From assembly GCA_034439575.1 (NCBI GenBank), contig JAWXAQ010000036.1:64001-128000 (forward strand): DNA of 64,000 nt. Direction: 5' to 3'. The position numbers were made by a program, and so were the translations under genes. The notes beneath the pieces are model-generated. The model worked only from the letters and a program-made list of their open reading frames with translations, did no database searches and was not told where the DNA came from. Position 1 is the first letter of the stretch; each line of letters begins with the position of its first letter. This document shows, piece after piece, positions 1 through 9,679 of the stretch. Origin of the DNA: Leptospira sp. (GTDB lineage Bacteria; Spirochaetota; Leptospiria; Leptospirales; Leptospiraceae).

Positions 1-1140
1 ATTTGGATTGGGCCATGCGGAGTAGTTCACTCTGGCACTTGAAAATCGTTTTTGAATGGAAACTTTTGGTTTTGACATGATTCCATTTTGAACGCCTTTC
101 AACCAATAATCAAACCAGTCATAAGCATTGGTCCAAACATAGTTTTCAATACCAAGGATTCCACCGATTTCGGCAGTGGCATGAATTCCATTGTTTAGAT
201 CCAATTTTTTTGGAACCGTTAGTTGTTCAAAATAAGGAAGGATTTGGTTTGGTTGGAAAAGATTGTCCTGTGAGTTATTGGAAATATACACAGGTTTTCC
301 GGAGGCATTGAGTGCCGCCACAGCATTGTTTGGTGAGCGTTCACTTGCCCATGTTAAAACAGTCGCAACATCTCTAGTGTCCAAAAGTTTTTGAAAATTT
401 TCTGCAATGACTGGATCCATCTTTCCTGTGATATAACCTGCTGTGACAAGTAGGAGTCCCCAAACTAGTCTTGGAGTTTGGTTTCCATACAGCGAATCAG
501 GTAAACTTCCCCATCCACTCATTGCCACGGCTGTTGTAATTCTTGGTTCTTTGCTAAGACCGAGCAAAGCAATCCCTGCTCCATATGAAATTCCAGAAAG
601 GGCAATTTTGGAATTGATGGGTGCGTTTGCTTGTAAGTAGTCTATAATCGCAGAAAGGTCTTCCATATCTTTTGGACCTGCAACGTTAATGAGTCCTTCT
701 GAGGCTCCAAAACCTCTTGTGCTATAACTGAAAACTACATATCCTTTTTTTGCTAACTTAGAAGCAGGAACAATGTATTCATATTCATTGAGAGCCCAAC
801 TATTAACAAAGATTACCGCGGGAAAGGGGCCTGTTCCCGATTTGGGAACAAATATATTTCCGGCAATTTTGGTTCCGTCGTTTGATGTCACTTTGATGCT
901 GTCATCAAAACTAAAACTTCCATCATTTTCTCTATCAAATGCGGATTGAATGTCCCGGGAGAGTGCCGCGTTACTTTGTTGCAATGCTTCTGGTGATGCG
1001 CTTGTAGCGGAAGTAGTTCCGCTTAACATACCTAATACGGCATTACTTTGGTTCGAGTTTTGGTTTCCATTTTGTCCGCAAGCTACAAGGAGGAAGACTC
1101 CAAGTGGCAAGAGCAGATTGTAAATTTTTTGCTTTTTCAT
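1..1140 (-). CDS. CocE/NonD (peptidase S15) family alpha/beta hydrolase lipoprotein; 3' end runs off the window
   Basis: Not in the ORF track because it is truncated. Manual translation from ATG at 1140 (GAGG RBS upstream): MKKQKIYNLLLPLGVFLLVAC lipobox, then PFPAVIF...STRGFGASEG...GISYGAG nucleophile motif and a GIHA motif. Confidence 0.85.
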   Translation of the reverse strand, partial: MKKQKIYNLLLPLGVFLLVACGQNGNQNSNQSNAVLGMLSGTTSATSASPEALQQSNAALSRDIQSAFDRENDGSFSFDDSIKVTSNDGTKIAGNIFVPKSGTGPFPAVIFVNSWALNEYEYIVPASKLAKKGYVVFSYSTRGFGASEGLINVAGPKDMEDLSAIIDYLQANAPINSKIALSGISYGAGIALLGLSKEPRITTAVAMSGWGSLPDSLYGNQTPRLVWGLLLVTAGYITGKMDPVIAENFQKLLDTRDVATVLTWASERSPNNAVAALNASGKPVYISNNSQDNLFQPNQILPYFEQLTVPKKLDLNNGIHATAEIGGILGIENYVWTNAYDWFDYWLKGVQNGIMSKPKVSIQKRFSSARVNYSAWPNPN

Positions 1141-1188
1141 GATTCGCCTCTGAATTGCCTCAAATTTACCACGAATGAAATTGTTTTG

Positions 1189-1212
1189 CGTCCTAAATGG
1201 CGATTTTGGACG
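1189..1212. promoter_or_regulatory. Inverted repeat, candidate operator of the divergent AraC regulator
   Basis: CGTCCTAAAT-GGCG-ATTTTGGACG (10-4-10, one mismatch) in the intergenic region between the hydrolase and araC. Confidence 0.45.
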
Positions 1213-1309
1213 AATTTTTGAGTCAAATATTATGATTATGTACTGATTCTTTGTACGAAAGGTCTCCAAAGGGTTGACGGATGCGTGCAGTTCGTCCGTA
1301 TTTTGGTTC

Positions 1310-2401
1310 ATGTTCGAATTTATCGGTTCTTGGCTTCAGTTTGGGGCTTGGTATCATTTCATTTTAGGCATTGGAATCTTTGTCAAAGAGAAAGGTAGCA
1401 AAGGATTTCCATTTGCTGTCGTTGCGGCCTTCTCTGGTGGAACTTTAGTATTTTACGCCTATCGCTTGTATGCTGGTCTGGAGTTTGAAACTTCGATCTT
1501 AAACCACGGCTATGTTCCTATCATTTATTTAATCCCTGGGAGTATGCAGTACACGATCGAACAGTTTTTAAGTTTGGAACCAGTTCCTTTAGGTAAACTC
1601 TATCGTTTGTATCCCACCTTTGCTGTGGTATTGCTTCTCATCGTATTGTTATGGTTAGTTCCAGATACACTTTCCCAAAGCATGAATCAAAGTTTTGCGG
1701 GAGCTCCCATTTCGATTCCAGAAATCATTGCTGCCATTGGATGTGTTTATTGGGTAGGAGCTTTTTTGTGGATGATTTACCAATATAGAAGCATTCTTTA
1801 TAACAATCCAAACAAAGCCGCACAACTCGGTGTGCAAGTCCTTGGAATGATCCTGAAAGGTAACATTGTATTTGCGAGTTTTATCTTACTCAGCACTATC
1901 TTGCGATGGCATTCAGGAATATATTTTACAGCTGGACTTGCGACACTCATGGCAGTTGTCGCCTTTATTAGTACCGAAATCAACCATGAATTATTCAAAG
2001 ATATTTTACCAGGTCTTCGTCAATCCTACCGCACCTCTCGCATCTTAAATTTAGATTTAGAAAAATTGCAAAAGGAACTGGATCACTTATTGAACGTAGA
2101 ATGTATCTACCGAGAAGAAGATTTAAGTTTGGCATCATTATCTGAAAAGTTAGGAATTAAAGACTACCAACTCAGCGAATACATCAATGCTTATTTGGGT
2201 ATGAACTTCAATCGTTTGGTAAATGAATATCGCATATCAGAAGTTTGTCGGTTAATAGAAAAAGAACCCAAGGCAAACCTATTGTCACTAGCATACAAAG
2301 TCGGGTTTAACTCCAAAGCAAACTTCAATTTAGCCTTTAAATCCTTAAAAAAAATGTCACCAAGTGAATATACGAAATCCTTCCATTCTAAAAAAGTTTA
2401 G
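1310..2401 (+). CDS. Membrane-anchored AraC family transcriptional regulator
   Basis: Several N-terminal TM segments and a C-terminal AraC HTH (LSEYIN..GMNFNRLVNEYRI..LAYKVGFNSKANFNLAFK). ATG at 1310 preferred over TTG at 1274. Confidence 0.88.
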   Translation: MFEFIGSWLQFGAWYHFILGIGIFVKEKGSKGFPFAVVAAFSGGTLVFYAYRLYAGLEFETSILNHGYVPIIYLIPGSMQYTIEQFLSLEPVPLGKLYRLYPTFAVVLLLIVLLWLVPDTLSQSMNQSFAGAPISIPEIIAAIGCVYWVGAFLWMIYQYRSILYNNPNKAAQLGVQVLGMILKGNIVFASFILLSTILRWHSGIYFTAGLATLMAVVAFISTEINHELFKDILPGLRQSYRTSRILNLDLEKLQKELDHLLNVECIYREEDLSLASLSEKLGIKDYQLSEYINAYLGMNFNRLVNEYRISEVCRLIEKEPKANLLSLAYKVGFNSKANFNLAFKSLKKMSPSEYTKSFHSKKV

Positions 2402-2467
2402 AATCTTAGTTTGCAAATCTCTTTCGCAAAAGAAAGATGTATTATAAATTAACTGAGAAAAGATTCA

Positions 2468-3565
2468 TTGAAAACTCAAAAAAAATCAAATACTAAGACA
2501 AATATTTTTTGGAAACTCTACCAAGACGAACCAATCCTAAAACCAACATTTCCTTCGCCCATACTCGCAGATCCAACGTTTTTATTTCCAGAATCTACTA
2601 TCGATCACAAATGGCATCTTTTTGCGCATAACATATTCGGAATTTTGCATTATACATCCGAAAATGGTATGGAATGGTCAAAACCAAAATCAATAGTAAA
2701 AAATGGAATGCGTCCATTTATATTTCAAGAGAAGGGTGATTATTATTTATACTATGAAAAATATAAACCTTTTCATGTTTTAATGTCCTGGTTTCCTTTT
2801 AGAAAATGGAAATCAGAAATTCAAGTCATACATAGTAAGGACTTAAAGAATTGGAGCGAACCTGTAACACTCATTACACCGACAAAGGATTTTCACAAAA
2901 ATGATAAATGGGGAGAATCTGTCAGTAATCCTTGTTTGGTGAAAATTACTGATAATAAATATCGCTTATATTATTCTTCGTCCCTTGTGTTTGTAAAAGA
3001 CTGTGGATTTTGTGAACCAGAACATATCAGCGTCGCAGAGAGTCATTCACCACTTGGTCCATTTCGTTTGTTTACCCAACCATTATTTTCACCTAACATA
3101 AATGACCCTTATGTAAATTTGGGAGCTGGTGCTATCAAGGTTTTAAGGTGGAGAGATAGATTTTTTGGATTTCAAAATGGAATATTTTGGAATGAAGTTC
3201 GTAAATCATCAGGTTCCGCAATTTTATTTTTACAAAGCGAAGACGGCTTACACTGGGACCGTATCAATCCAGGCCCGATACTTGGACCGACAGGTGTAGG
3301 CTGGAAGGCGAGCCACATATATGCTTGTGATGTGAGATATTCCTTGGAAGAAAAATTATTTATTATGTATTTCAATGCCAGGGATAAGGCACACTGGACC
3401 AAGGGAAAAGAAGCGATTGGTTTATTTGTCGGAAAGGTAGAAGAAGAAGAAGTTCAAGATAAAAGTCCATCCAACAAAGTACAGAAGAAAATTAGCATTA
3501 AAAAACCAATTAAGAAAAAAACAAAACCCAAAAATTCAAAAATCAAAGTGTCTAAAAAGAAATGA
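2468..3565 (+). CDS. GH43-like five-bladed beta-propeller glycoside hydrolase with Lys-rich C-terminal tail
   Basis: ILADP motif, repeated SxDL/GxxW Asp-box-like motifs, AES.SPLGPF; tail KKISIKKPIKKKTKPK. Confidence 0.65.
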   Translation: MKTQKKSNTKTNIFWKLYQDEPILKPTFPSPILADPTFLFPESTIDHKWHLFAHNIFGILHYTSENGMEWSKPKSIVKNGMRPFIFQEKGDYYLYYEKYKPFHVLMSWFPFRKWKSEIQVIHSKDLKNWSEPVTLITPTKDFHKNDKWGESVSNPCLVKITDNKYRLYYSSSLVFVKDCGFCEPEHISVAESHSPLGPFRLFTQPLFSPNINDPYVNLGAGAIKVLRWRDRFFGFQNGIFWNEVRKSSGSAILFLQSEDGLHWDRINPGPILGPTGVGWKASHIYACDVRYSLEEKLFIMYFNARDKAHWTKGKEAIGLFVGKVEEEEVQDKSPSNKVQKKISIKKPIKKKTKPKNSKIKVSKKK

Positions 3566-4425
3566 ATATAATTTTAAAAGGTCATAAAAAAGATTTAGGG
3601 GATCAATTTATTATCCGCAGAGTTTTGCCAGCTATGGAAAAACGAAGCGTTGGACCTTTTGTTTTTTTTGATCACTTTGGTCCTGTTAGCCTAACGAAAG
3701 GTGATGAAATGGTTGTGCGTTCCCATCCACACATCGGCCTTGCTACGATCACTTTTTTATATGATGGATTGATCCACCATAGAGATAGTCTCGGAATCTC
3801 ACAGCTCATTCGTCCCTTTGAAACAAATTGGATGACAGCTGGCAAAGGCATTGCTCATAGCGAACGTTCCGAAAAAAATCCAGAATCGGATCTTTTGGAA
3901 GGCATACAGACTTGGATCGCACTCCCGAAAGAAAAAGAAGATATAGAACCTTCCTTCCAACATATATCAAAAATCGATATTCCTATTCACAAGGAAAAAG
4001 GAATCACTTTAAGTTTATTAGGTGGTAGTTTTATGCATTTAACTTCACCAGCTAATGTCCATTCACCTTTAATATATGCAGATATTCAGGTCGAAGAAAA
4101 TGCAAGCGATGTATCTTGGCCACTAGATGCGAATCAGGAAGCTGGCATTTATGTATCGAAAGGAAAGATTCAAATCAATGGTGAGATCATTGATGAAGGT
4201 AAAATGTTTGTTTTCCCATTAGGAAGTCAGATAAATTTTAAACCGTTGGAAAAAAGTAGATTAATGCTGTTAGGTGGAGAACCTTTGCCGGAAAAAAGGA
4301 TTTTATGGTGGAACTTTGTTTCTACGAGTCAGGAAAAAATTGATAGTGCGAAAGATTTATGGGCTAAGGATTTATTTCCGAAAGTAAAAGGCGAAACAGA
4401 TCGAATTCCATTGCCTGAAAAATAG
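3562..4425 (+). CDS. Pirin family protein
   Basis: GPFVFFDH, HPHIGLATIT, HRDSLG, WMTAGKGIAHSE, WWNFVS motifs. Confidence 0.95.
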   Translation: MNIILKGHKKDLGDQFIIRRVLPAMEKRSVGPFVFFDHFGPVSLTKGDEMVVRSHPHIGLATITFLYDGLIHHRDSLGISQLIRPFETNWMTAGKGIAHSERSEKNPESDLLEGIQTWIALPKEKEDIEPSFQHISKIDIPIHKEKGITLSLLGGSFMHLTSPANVHSPLIYADIQVEENASDVSWPLDANQEAGIYVSKGKIQINGEIIDEGKMFVFPLGSQINFKPLEKSRLMLLGGEPLPEKRILWWNFVSTSQEKIDSAKDLWAKDLFPKVKGETDRIPLPEK

Positions 4426-4430
4426 TTTAT

Positions 4431-5450
4431 TTAAGACCAATTCACCCAATCGGATCCAGCTCCCATAAATGCAATTTCTGTATTTTCTGAAATGTAAAGA
4501 TCCTCGTGGGAAGCAAATGCTTCTGCGGTGATAAAAACCGTATCGCCTTTGTTATATGTAGTCCAGTTTTTTTTAGAAATCATTGAACCGTTTTTTATAT
4601 GAGCTATCCCGAAGCTGATAGGATTTGAAAGAGGGGACAGTGTCAGGTTTTGCGCTTGTTTGAATTCCCATAATTCAAGTCTAAACTTATCATTAGTCGT
4701 AAAAACACTTCTATGAAAAGGAAAAAATGAAATGATAGTTTTGTTTTGTTTTTCACGAGAATCAGAAACTTTATAATTCAAGACAGCTAGAGCTTTTTCT
4801 AAATGTAATTCTCTTTGCTTTCCATCATCTCCCAATCTACCATAATCGTAAACTCGATATGTGGAATCAGATGATTGTTGCACTTCTAAAAGTAAAACTC
4901 CTGCACCTATTGCATGTATGGTGCCAGGATTTAATAAAAAAACATCTCCAGGTTTTACCTTCCATTTTTTTAAAACTTGTTCTGCTTCATTTTGTAAAAC
5001 CAGATTTTTATACGATTCTTTGTCTGTATCTTTTTCAAAACCTATAACAAGTTCGGCTTCGTTATCTGCAGAAAGCACCATCCAACATTCTTTTTTACCC
5101 GCAGAGCTAGGATCATATTTTTCAGCATAGGCATCGTCTGGATGAACTTGGACTGATAATTTTTCTTTGGCATCGATGATTTTGATAAGTAAAGGAAAAG
5201 GTTGATTAACGAAAGGTTTTCCTAAAAATGATTCCGTATAAGTTTGATATAAATCCCGAAAGGAATTATTCGTTAACTCTCCGTTATGTGAGAATCGTGA
5301 GATATCTGTACCATAGTCTGATAATTCCCATGATTCACCGATTTGACCAGGTGGAGTATCTCTACCCATCATCTTTTTTAATTTCTCGCCCCCCCAAATT
5401 TTTTCTTTATATATAGGATTAAATTTTAGGATGGAAGGATGGGAACTCAT
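4431..5450 (-). CDS. manA: Class I mannose-6-phosphate isomerase
   Basis: KIWGG, IGESWE, PLLIKIIDA, LSVQVHP, GKKECW, PGTIHAIG, EVQQSSDSTYRVYDY. Confidence 0.92.
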   Translation of the reverse strand: MSSHPSILKFNPIYKEKIWGGEKLKKMMGRDTPPGQIGESWELSDYGTDISRFSHNGELTNNSFRDLYQTYTESFLGKPFVNQPFPLLIKIIDAKEKLSVQVHPDDAYAEKYDPSSAGKKECWMVLSADNEAELVIGFEKDTDKESYKNLVLQNEAEQVLKKWKVKPGDVFLLNPGTIHAIGAGVLLLEVQQSSDSTYRVYDYGRLGDDGKQRELHLEKALAVLNYKVSDSREKQNKTIISFFPFHRSVFTTNDKFRLELWEFKQAQNLTLSPLSNPISFGIAHIKNGSMISKKNWTTYNKGDTVFITAEAFASHEDLYISENTEIAFMGAGSDWVNWS

Positions 5451-5474
5451 ATCAACGTTTCTCTGCCTTGGTAC

Positions 5475-6170
5475 TTAGACGGCAAGGGATATTTTCTTAG
5501 AGACTTGCAGTTTTACTTTGAGTGATTTTTTTTTGAAATGGGTATATGAATCCGGTCGGAATTTTGATAGATCAAACTCATAAATGCGATTATCTTGAAT
5601 TGTATTAGGTGGAAATTCTACATTTAGATTTCGTGAGCCTTTATAACTTCCCGCACCATCGCAAGACGGACAATGAGGATCGCCACCCATACAAACGCGA
5701 CAAACTATGCGAACCGTCAAAGGAATCATCGCTATCACTCGACGGAATGATTCCTTCTCTTTGATTTGAATGATGATATCGTAATTGATGCCAGTGACCT
5801 TTCTGCGGTCTTTTTCCCTAAAGCCTTTTCTCATTAATCCTTTTTTCGCAAGATCTAAAATCCCATTTCCAAAATTGACTCTTGAAGGTGGTAAAACAAT
5901 GGGCGCTGATTTGTTAATTTCATCTTTGATAAATTGTATTGCACGAAATTTTCTAAAAGATTCATCGTAAGCTTTCCGTTTGGTGGAGCTTAAAATTTTA
6001 TATGCATTTAAGATTGTTAAAAATTTTGATGCAGAACCAGTTCCTGGAACATCAGGATGAAAAATTTTGGCGATACGACGAAAGTTTGATCGAATGTCTT
6101 CCGTCGTAGCTCCAAAGGGGAGGTCTAGTGCTTCATAATAATCAGGAAATGGTGGAATGTGTGTTTTCAT
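5475..6170 (-). CDS. DnaJ-domain protein with partial zinc finger
   Basis: DYYEAL...FHPD J-domain motif; CRVCMG..HCPSCDGAG. Confidence 0.85.
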   Translation of the reverse strand: MKTHIPPFPDYYEALDLPFGATTEDIRSNFRRIAKIFHPDVPGTGSASKFLTILNAYKILSSTKRKAYDESFRKFRAIQFIKDEINKSAPIVLPPSRVNFGNGILDLAKKGLMRKGFREKDRRKVTGINYDIIIQIKEKESFRRVIAMIPLTVRIVCRVCMGGDPHCPSCDGAGSYKGSRNLNVEFPPNTIQDNRIYEFDLSKFRPDSYTHFKKKSLKVKLQVSKKISLAV

Positions 6171-6184
6171 GCCACCTCATATCA

Positions 6185-6907
6185 CTATGGTTCTTGGAAA
6201 TCTCCGCCAATTGAAACTTCAAGAATTGAATCTGAAACTTCACGTGACTCAAGAGCTCCTTTGGCCATAATATAACGGTCAATTGCTCGTAAAACTTGAA
6301 TTTGGCGATCGCGGTAATTGGTAGCTAGTTTGAGTCTTTCCCAAGGGCTTTGGATTTTTTCCAATTCATAAGTCGTTGTGGTGTCACTAGAGTGTGTTAC
6401 AGTTCGTACGGTAAGAGTGATTCCTTTGATTCCGCCTGCAGTTGCCGAATTTTTAAGATCTCTATATGTTGTGACTGGTTCTCTATTTTTTGTGGTTAAA
6501 GATTTTCTGGACCAAAAGCTAAGTTCATCTAAAGAAAAACCACCACCTTCTGCTCCACCACCACCTTTCAATTTCATCACAAAGCGGCTATGTTGAACAT
6601 AACTTGGTTCGAATGGAAGTTTGATCTCTCTCGCATAACCGACTTGGCCATAACGTGAATCTTTGATTTTTTTCTCAAAACTAAGAAACTTTAGTTTCTC
6701 ATTGATCTGAGCATTGTATGTATCAATGTCTTTTGCCAAATTCTCCATTCTATCTTTTTGTTTGGCATTGTATGGAATGATGGCAATGCTTCCATCAGCA
6801 TTGAGTTTGGGAGAATCAGATTGGCTGATCTCCTTATTGTCCTCGTCGGCGGCAAAAAGCCCGAGTGAACTTATGAATAATATAGAAATGGCAATTATGA
6901 CTCGCAT
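6185..6907 (-). CDS. Exported hypothetical protein (signal peptide)
   Basis: ATG at 6907 with GGGAG RBS; MRVIIAISILFISSLGLFA signal peptide. Confidence 0.75.
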   Translation of the reverse strand: MRVIIAISILFISSLGLFAADEDNKEISQSDSPKLNADGSIAIIPYNAKQKDRMENLAKDIDTYNAQINEKLKFLSFEKKIKDSRYGQVGYAREIKLPFEPSYVQHSRFVMKLKGGGGAEGGGFSLDELSFWSRKSLTTKNREPVTTYRDLKNSATAGGIKGITLTVRTVTHSSDTTTTYELEKIQSPWERLKLATNYRDRQIQVLRAIDRYIMAKGALESREVSDSILEVSIGGDFQEP

Positions 6908-7030
6908 AGAAACTCCCAAAAATTTTTTCTCTATATCTATTTTCGACTTTTGAAATGAAATCATTAATTTGAATAAAAATAAGGTTGAATAAAAATTGAG
7001 AAATCAAATTCTGTAGGCAAGAACCGAAAG

Positions 7031-7375
7031 ATGGAAATAAACCTAAAGAAAAACGCCGATGCCTTTGTGATCAGTATTTCTGGCAGTTTAGACATATATA
7101 CATCTTTAGATTTTAAAAACTTTCTAGAAACAAATATTCCACAAAACGGCGCCGATGCTTTGCACGTTGTGGTAAATTTAGAAAAATTGAACTATATTGA
7201 CTCTTCTGGCATTGGAATGTTGATAAAACAACTGAATTATGTCCAAGAATTAAAAGGTAAGTTCTCCATTGCCAATATGAAACCCGCGATCGAGAAGGTT
7301 TTCAAAGTGGCAGGTTTGACAAGTTACTTTCAAACCATCAGTGAAGACGATTATCGCACAAAATACGCTAGTTAA
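7031..7375 (+). CDS. STAS-domain anti-sigma factor antagonist
   Basis: ISGSLD...LNYIDSSGIG...VFKVAGL signature. Confidence 0.92.
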   Translation: MEINLKKNADAFVISISGSLDIYTSLDFKNFLETNIPQNGADALHVVVNLEKLNYIDSSGIGMLIKQLNYVQELKGKFSIANMKPAIEKVFKVAGLTSYFQTISEDDYRTKYAS

Positions 7376-7384
7376 TTTTCCTTT

Positions 7385-7957
7385 TCACTCTTTCCATTGA
7401 TTCTCAACTAAAAACGCATCCCATACTCCCCAAAAACGTCCGATCTCATTTTTACTGGGTATAAGTTCGACTGAAACTTTGCCATCTGGAATTTCACTCG
7501 CTTCAATCGAGATTTCAACAGGATTGGAAAAATTTTTTTGCTTACTGGCATAAATTTCCTTTTTCAGCCGACCATTTACAAAAACAGAAAGTTTCCTGGA
7601 TTTGAATCTCGCTTTTTTCTTAGGAAGGTACTTTGTGAGATCTAAATAAAGAAAGATGCGACCAGCGTGATGGTTTTTATGTTCGAGTAAAAATCGCAAT
7701 CCAGTTTCAGGAATCATTCGACAGACTTGATTTTGCAATCCGTACGCAGGAGAATCCTCTTCTAATTCATAAAACTGGTAAAGGGCCCAAGTTTTTAATT
7801 CTGGATACGTGCCAATATCTTCTGGCAATAACCCTTCCAGTGTTCCAAAATCATTGTAAGATTTGATCGGCTCTTCCGCAGAAATCTCTCGGAGTTGAAA
7901 AGCAACTGAGAAAAAGATTGCCGTGAAAAGAAGAGACTTTAGTTTCAAATGTAGCAC
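7385..7957 (-). CDS. Exported hypothetical protein
   Basis: 190 aa ORF with N-terminal hydrophobic signal; no catalytic motif recognised. Confidence 0.7.
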   Translation of the reverse strand: MLHLKLKSLLFTAIFFSVAFQLREISAEEPIKSYNDFGTLEGLLPEDIGTYPELKTWALYQFYELEEDSPAYGLQNQVCRMIPETGLRFLLEHKNHHAGRIFLYLDLTKYLPKKKARFKSRKLSVFVNGRLKKEIYASKQKNFSNPVEISIEASEIPDGKVSVELIPSKNEIGRFWGVWDAFLVENQWKE

Positions 7958-7993
7958 CTAAATTTAAGTATCGGATTTTCCAACCAACTAACC

Positions 7994-8929
7994 TTGAAAA
8001 TTATCAGATCCATAGATTCTTTGTCTGGACTCTTTCCGAATGGATCTGCTCTCACTCTAGGCAATTTTGATGGTATCCATTTAGGCCATCAAACACTTCT
8101 TCAAAAAACCGTCGAACAATCAAAAATCTTACATATTCCTTCTGTTGTTGTCACATATTATCCAAATCCTTCGGTGGTCCTTGGCAAACGACCCAATTTT
8201 AAATATTTGACTCTAGAAGAAACAAAAGAGCATCTTATTTCTTCATTTAACATTGATTATCTTTTGGTTCTTGAATTTACAGAAGAATTATCAAGAATGT
8301 CTGCGGAAGATTTTTTAGAAAAAATAATCATACAAAAACTAAATGCCAAGTACATTGTGATCGGATACAATCACTTTTTTGGTGCTAATAGAAGAGGTGA
8401 CATTCATCTATTAGAGGCCAATACACAAAAGTTTGGTTATACGGTCGAATTGAAAGATGCAGTATTGAACGGTGATAAAAAAATATCTAGTTCTGAAATA
8501 CGGAAGTATTTAGAAATCGGTGATGTGACTTCTGCCAATTTACTACTCGGTCGTCCTTTTTTTCTAGAAGGTATAGTGAAGGAGGGTGACAAAAGAGGTA
8601 GAACCATCGGATACCCGACTGCAAATTTGGAAATTCACAAAGATGTATTACTTCCTGCAATTGGAGTTTATGCAAGTTATACGATAGTCGATGGAAATAA
8701 ATATATTTCTATGACAAATGTCGGAAAGAATCCAACTTTCGATGGACATAGTATGCATATCGAAACAAACATATTTGATTTTTCAGAAGAGATTTATAAT
8801 AAAAAGATTCAAGTGCAATTATTACATAAAATCAGAGACGAAGTGAAGTTTGCTGGTATCGAAGAACTTAAAAAACAATTAGCGAAAGATAAAGAAGAAA
8901 CATTAATGTATTTAAAGAAGTTTGATTAA
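7994..8929 (+). CDS. ribF: Bifunctional riboflavin kinase/FAD synthetase
   Basis: GNFDGIHLGHQ, KISSSEIR, GRTIGYPTAN, NVGKNPTF, IETNIFDF, IRDEVKF. Confidence 0.97.
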   Translation: MKIIRSIDSLSGLFPNGSALTLGNFDGIHLGHQTLLQKTVEQSKILHIPSVVVTYYPNPSVVLGKRPNFKYLTLEETKEHLISSFNIDYLLVLEFTEELSRMSAEDFLEKIIIQKLNAKYIVIGYNHFFGANRRGDIHLLEANTQKFGYTVELKDAVLNGDKKISSSEIRKYLEIGDVTSANLLLGRPFFLEGIVKEGDKRGRTIGYPTANLEIHKDVLLPAIGVYASYTIVDGNKYISMTNVGKNPTFDGHSMHIETNIFDFSEEIYNKKIQVQLLHKIRDEVKFAGIEELKKQLAKDKEETLMYLKKFD

Positions 8930-9679
8930 ATGATAGTTGATTCCTTTTCTACGAATTTTCCCTAATATTTTAGTATTTTTGTTTTCAGCTAACAACATAT
9001 GATTGATAGAGTCTTTGGAAATCGCCCAGTCTTCCAACAATTCATCAAAATAAAATCCCTCTTCTTTTACACCTGAAGATTTAATCAGTAAAATATTTTT
9101 TCGGATCGGATCATCATCTTCCTTTAAGGGAAAGCCTGGTCCTGGAAACAAAGGAATGGATTTTCCTTTCAAAGTTAACATTGATTTGTAAGCTGGAATA
9201 TTTTTTAAAATACGATAAGGTCGTTTAGGAATTAAAAAATAAATGCCTCCGGTTTTGAATGAGGTAAATATTTCTTTGCCATCTAAATCTATTTTTTGTT
9301 TGGTTAAATTTGTTCCTGTTAGGTTTTTAGCAACTTTTGTAATTCTATTTTTTAAAGCAGAATCCAAAAACTCTATGCGATCCTCACTTTTAATTTTTTC
9401 TAATATGTGATAAATCCCATCAAATTCTTCTTTCACATAACCTTTTTTGATTTTTAAGGTATGATACAAAACTTGGAGTTTTTTGACTCTTTGGAGAAAA
9501 TAAGCAGAATTGTTTTGCTCTGCGAGAAGATTCATTTGTTTTAATGAATCTTCAATTGTATCCAAAAATTCACTTCCCTCAACGATTATTTTTTCAAAAT
9601 CAATGACTGCTTGTTCTAAACGAATTTTCTCTGTAAAAAAAAGATTACTACTCGTGACTTTTTTAGAGGGAACGCCCAT
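8912..9679 (-). CDS. Hypothetical protein: helical N-terminus, degenerate CheW-like C-terminus
   Basis: Start overlaps the rodA stop; C-terminal pattern FTSFKTGGIYFLIP..LKGKSIPLF..ILLIK..GFYFDEL..ILGKI resembles CheW. Confidence 0.6.
   Translation of the reverse strand: MGVPSKKVTSSNLFFTEKIRLEQAVIDFEKIIVEGSEFLDTIEDSLKQMNLLAEQNNSAYFLQRVKKLQVLYHTLKIKKGYVKEEFDGIYHILEKIKSEDRIEFLDSALKNRITKVAKNLTGTNLTKQKIDLDGKEIFTSFKTGGIYFLIPKRPYRILKNIPAYKSMLTLKGKSIPLFPGPGFPLKEDDDPIRKNILLIKSSGVKEEGFYFDELLEDWAISKDSINHMLLAENKNTKILGKIRRKGINYHLIKLL

Noticed and set aside
443-640. 65 aa plus-strand ORF
   Set aside because: Antisense shadow of the real minus-strand hydrolase at 1-1140.
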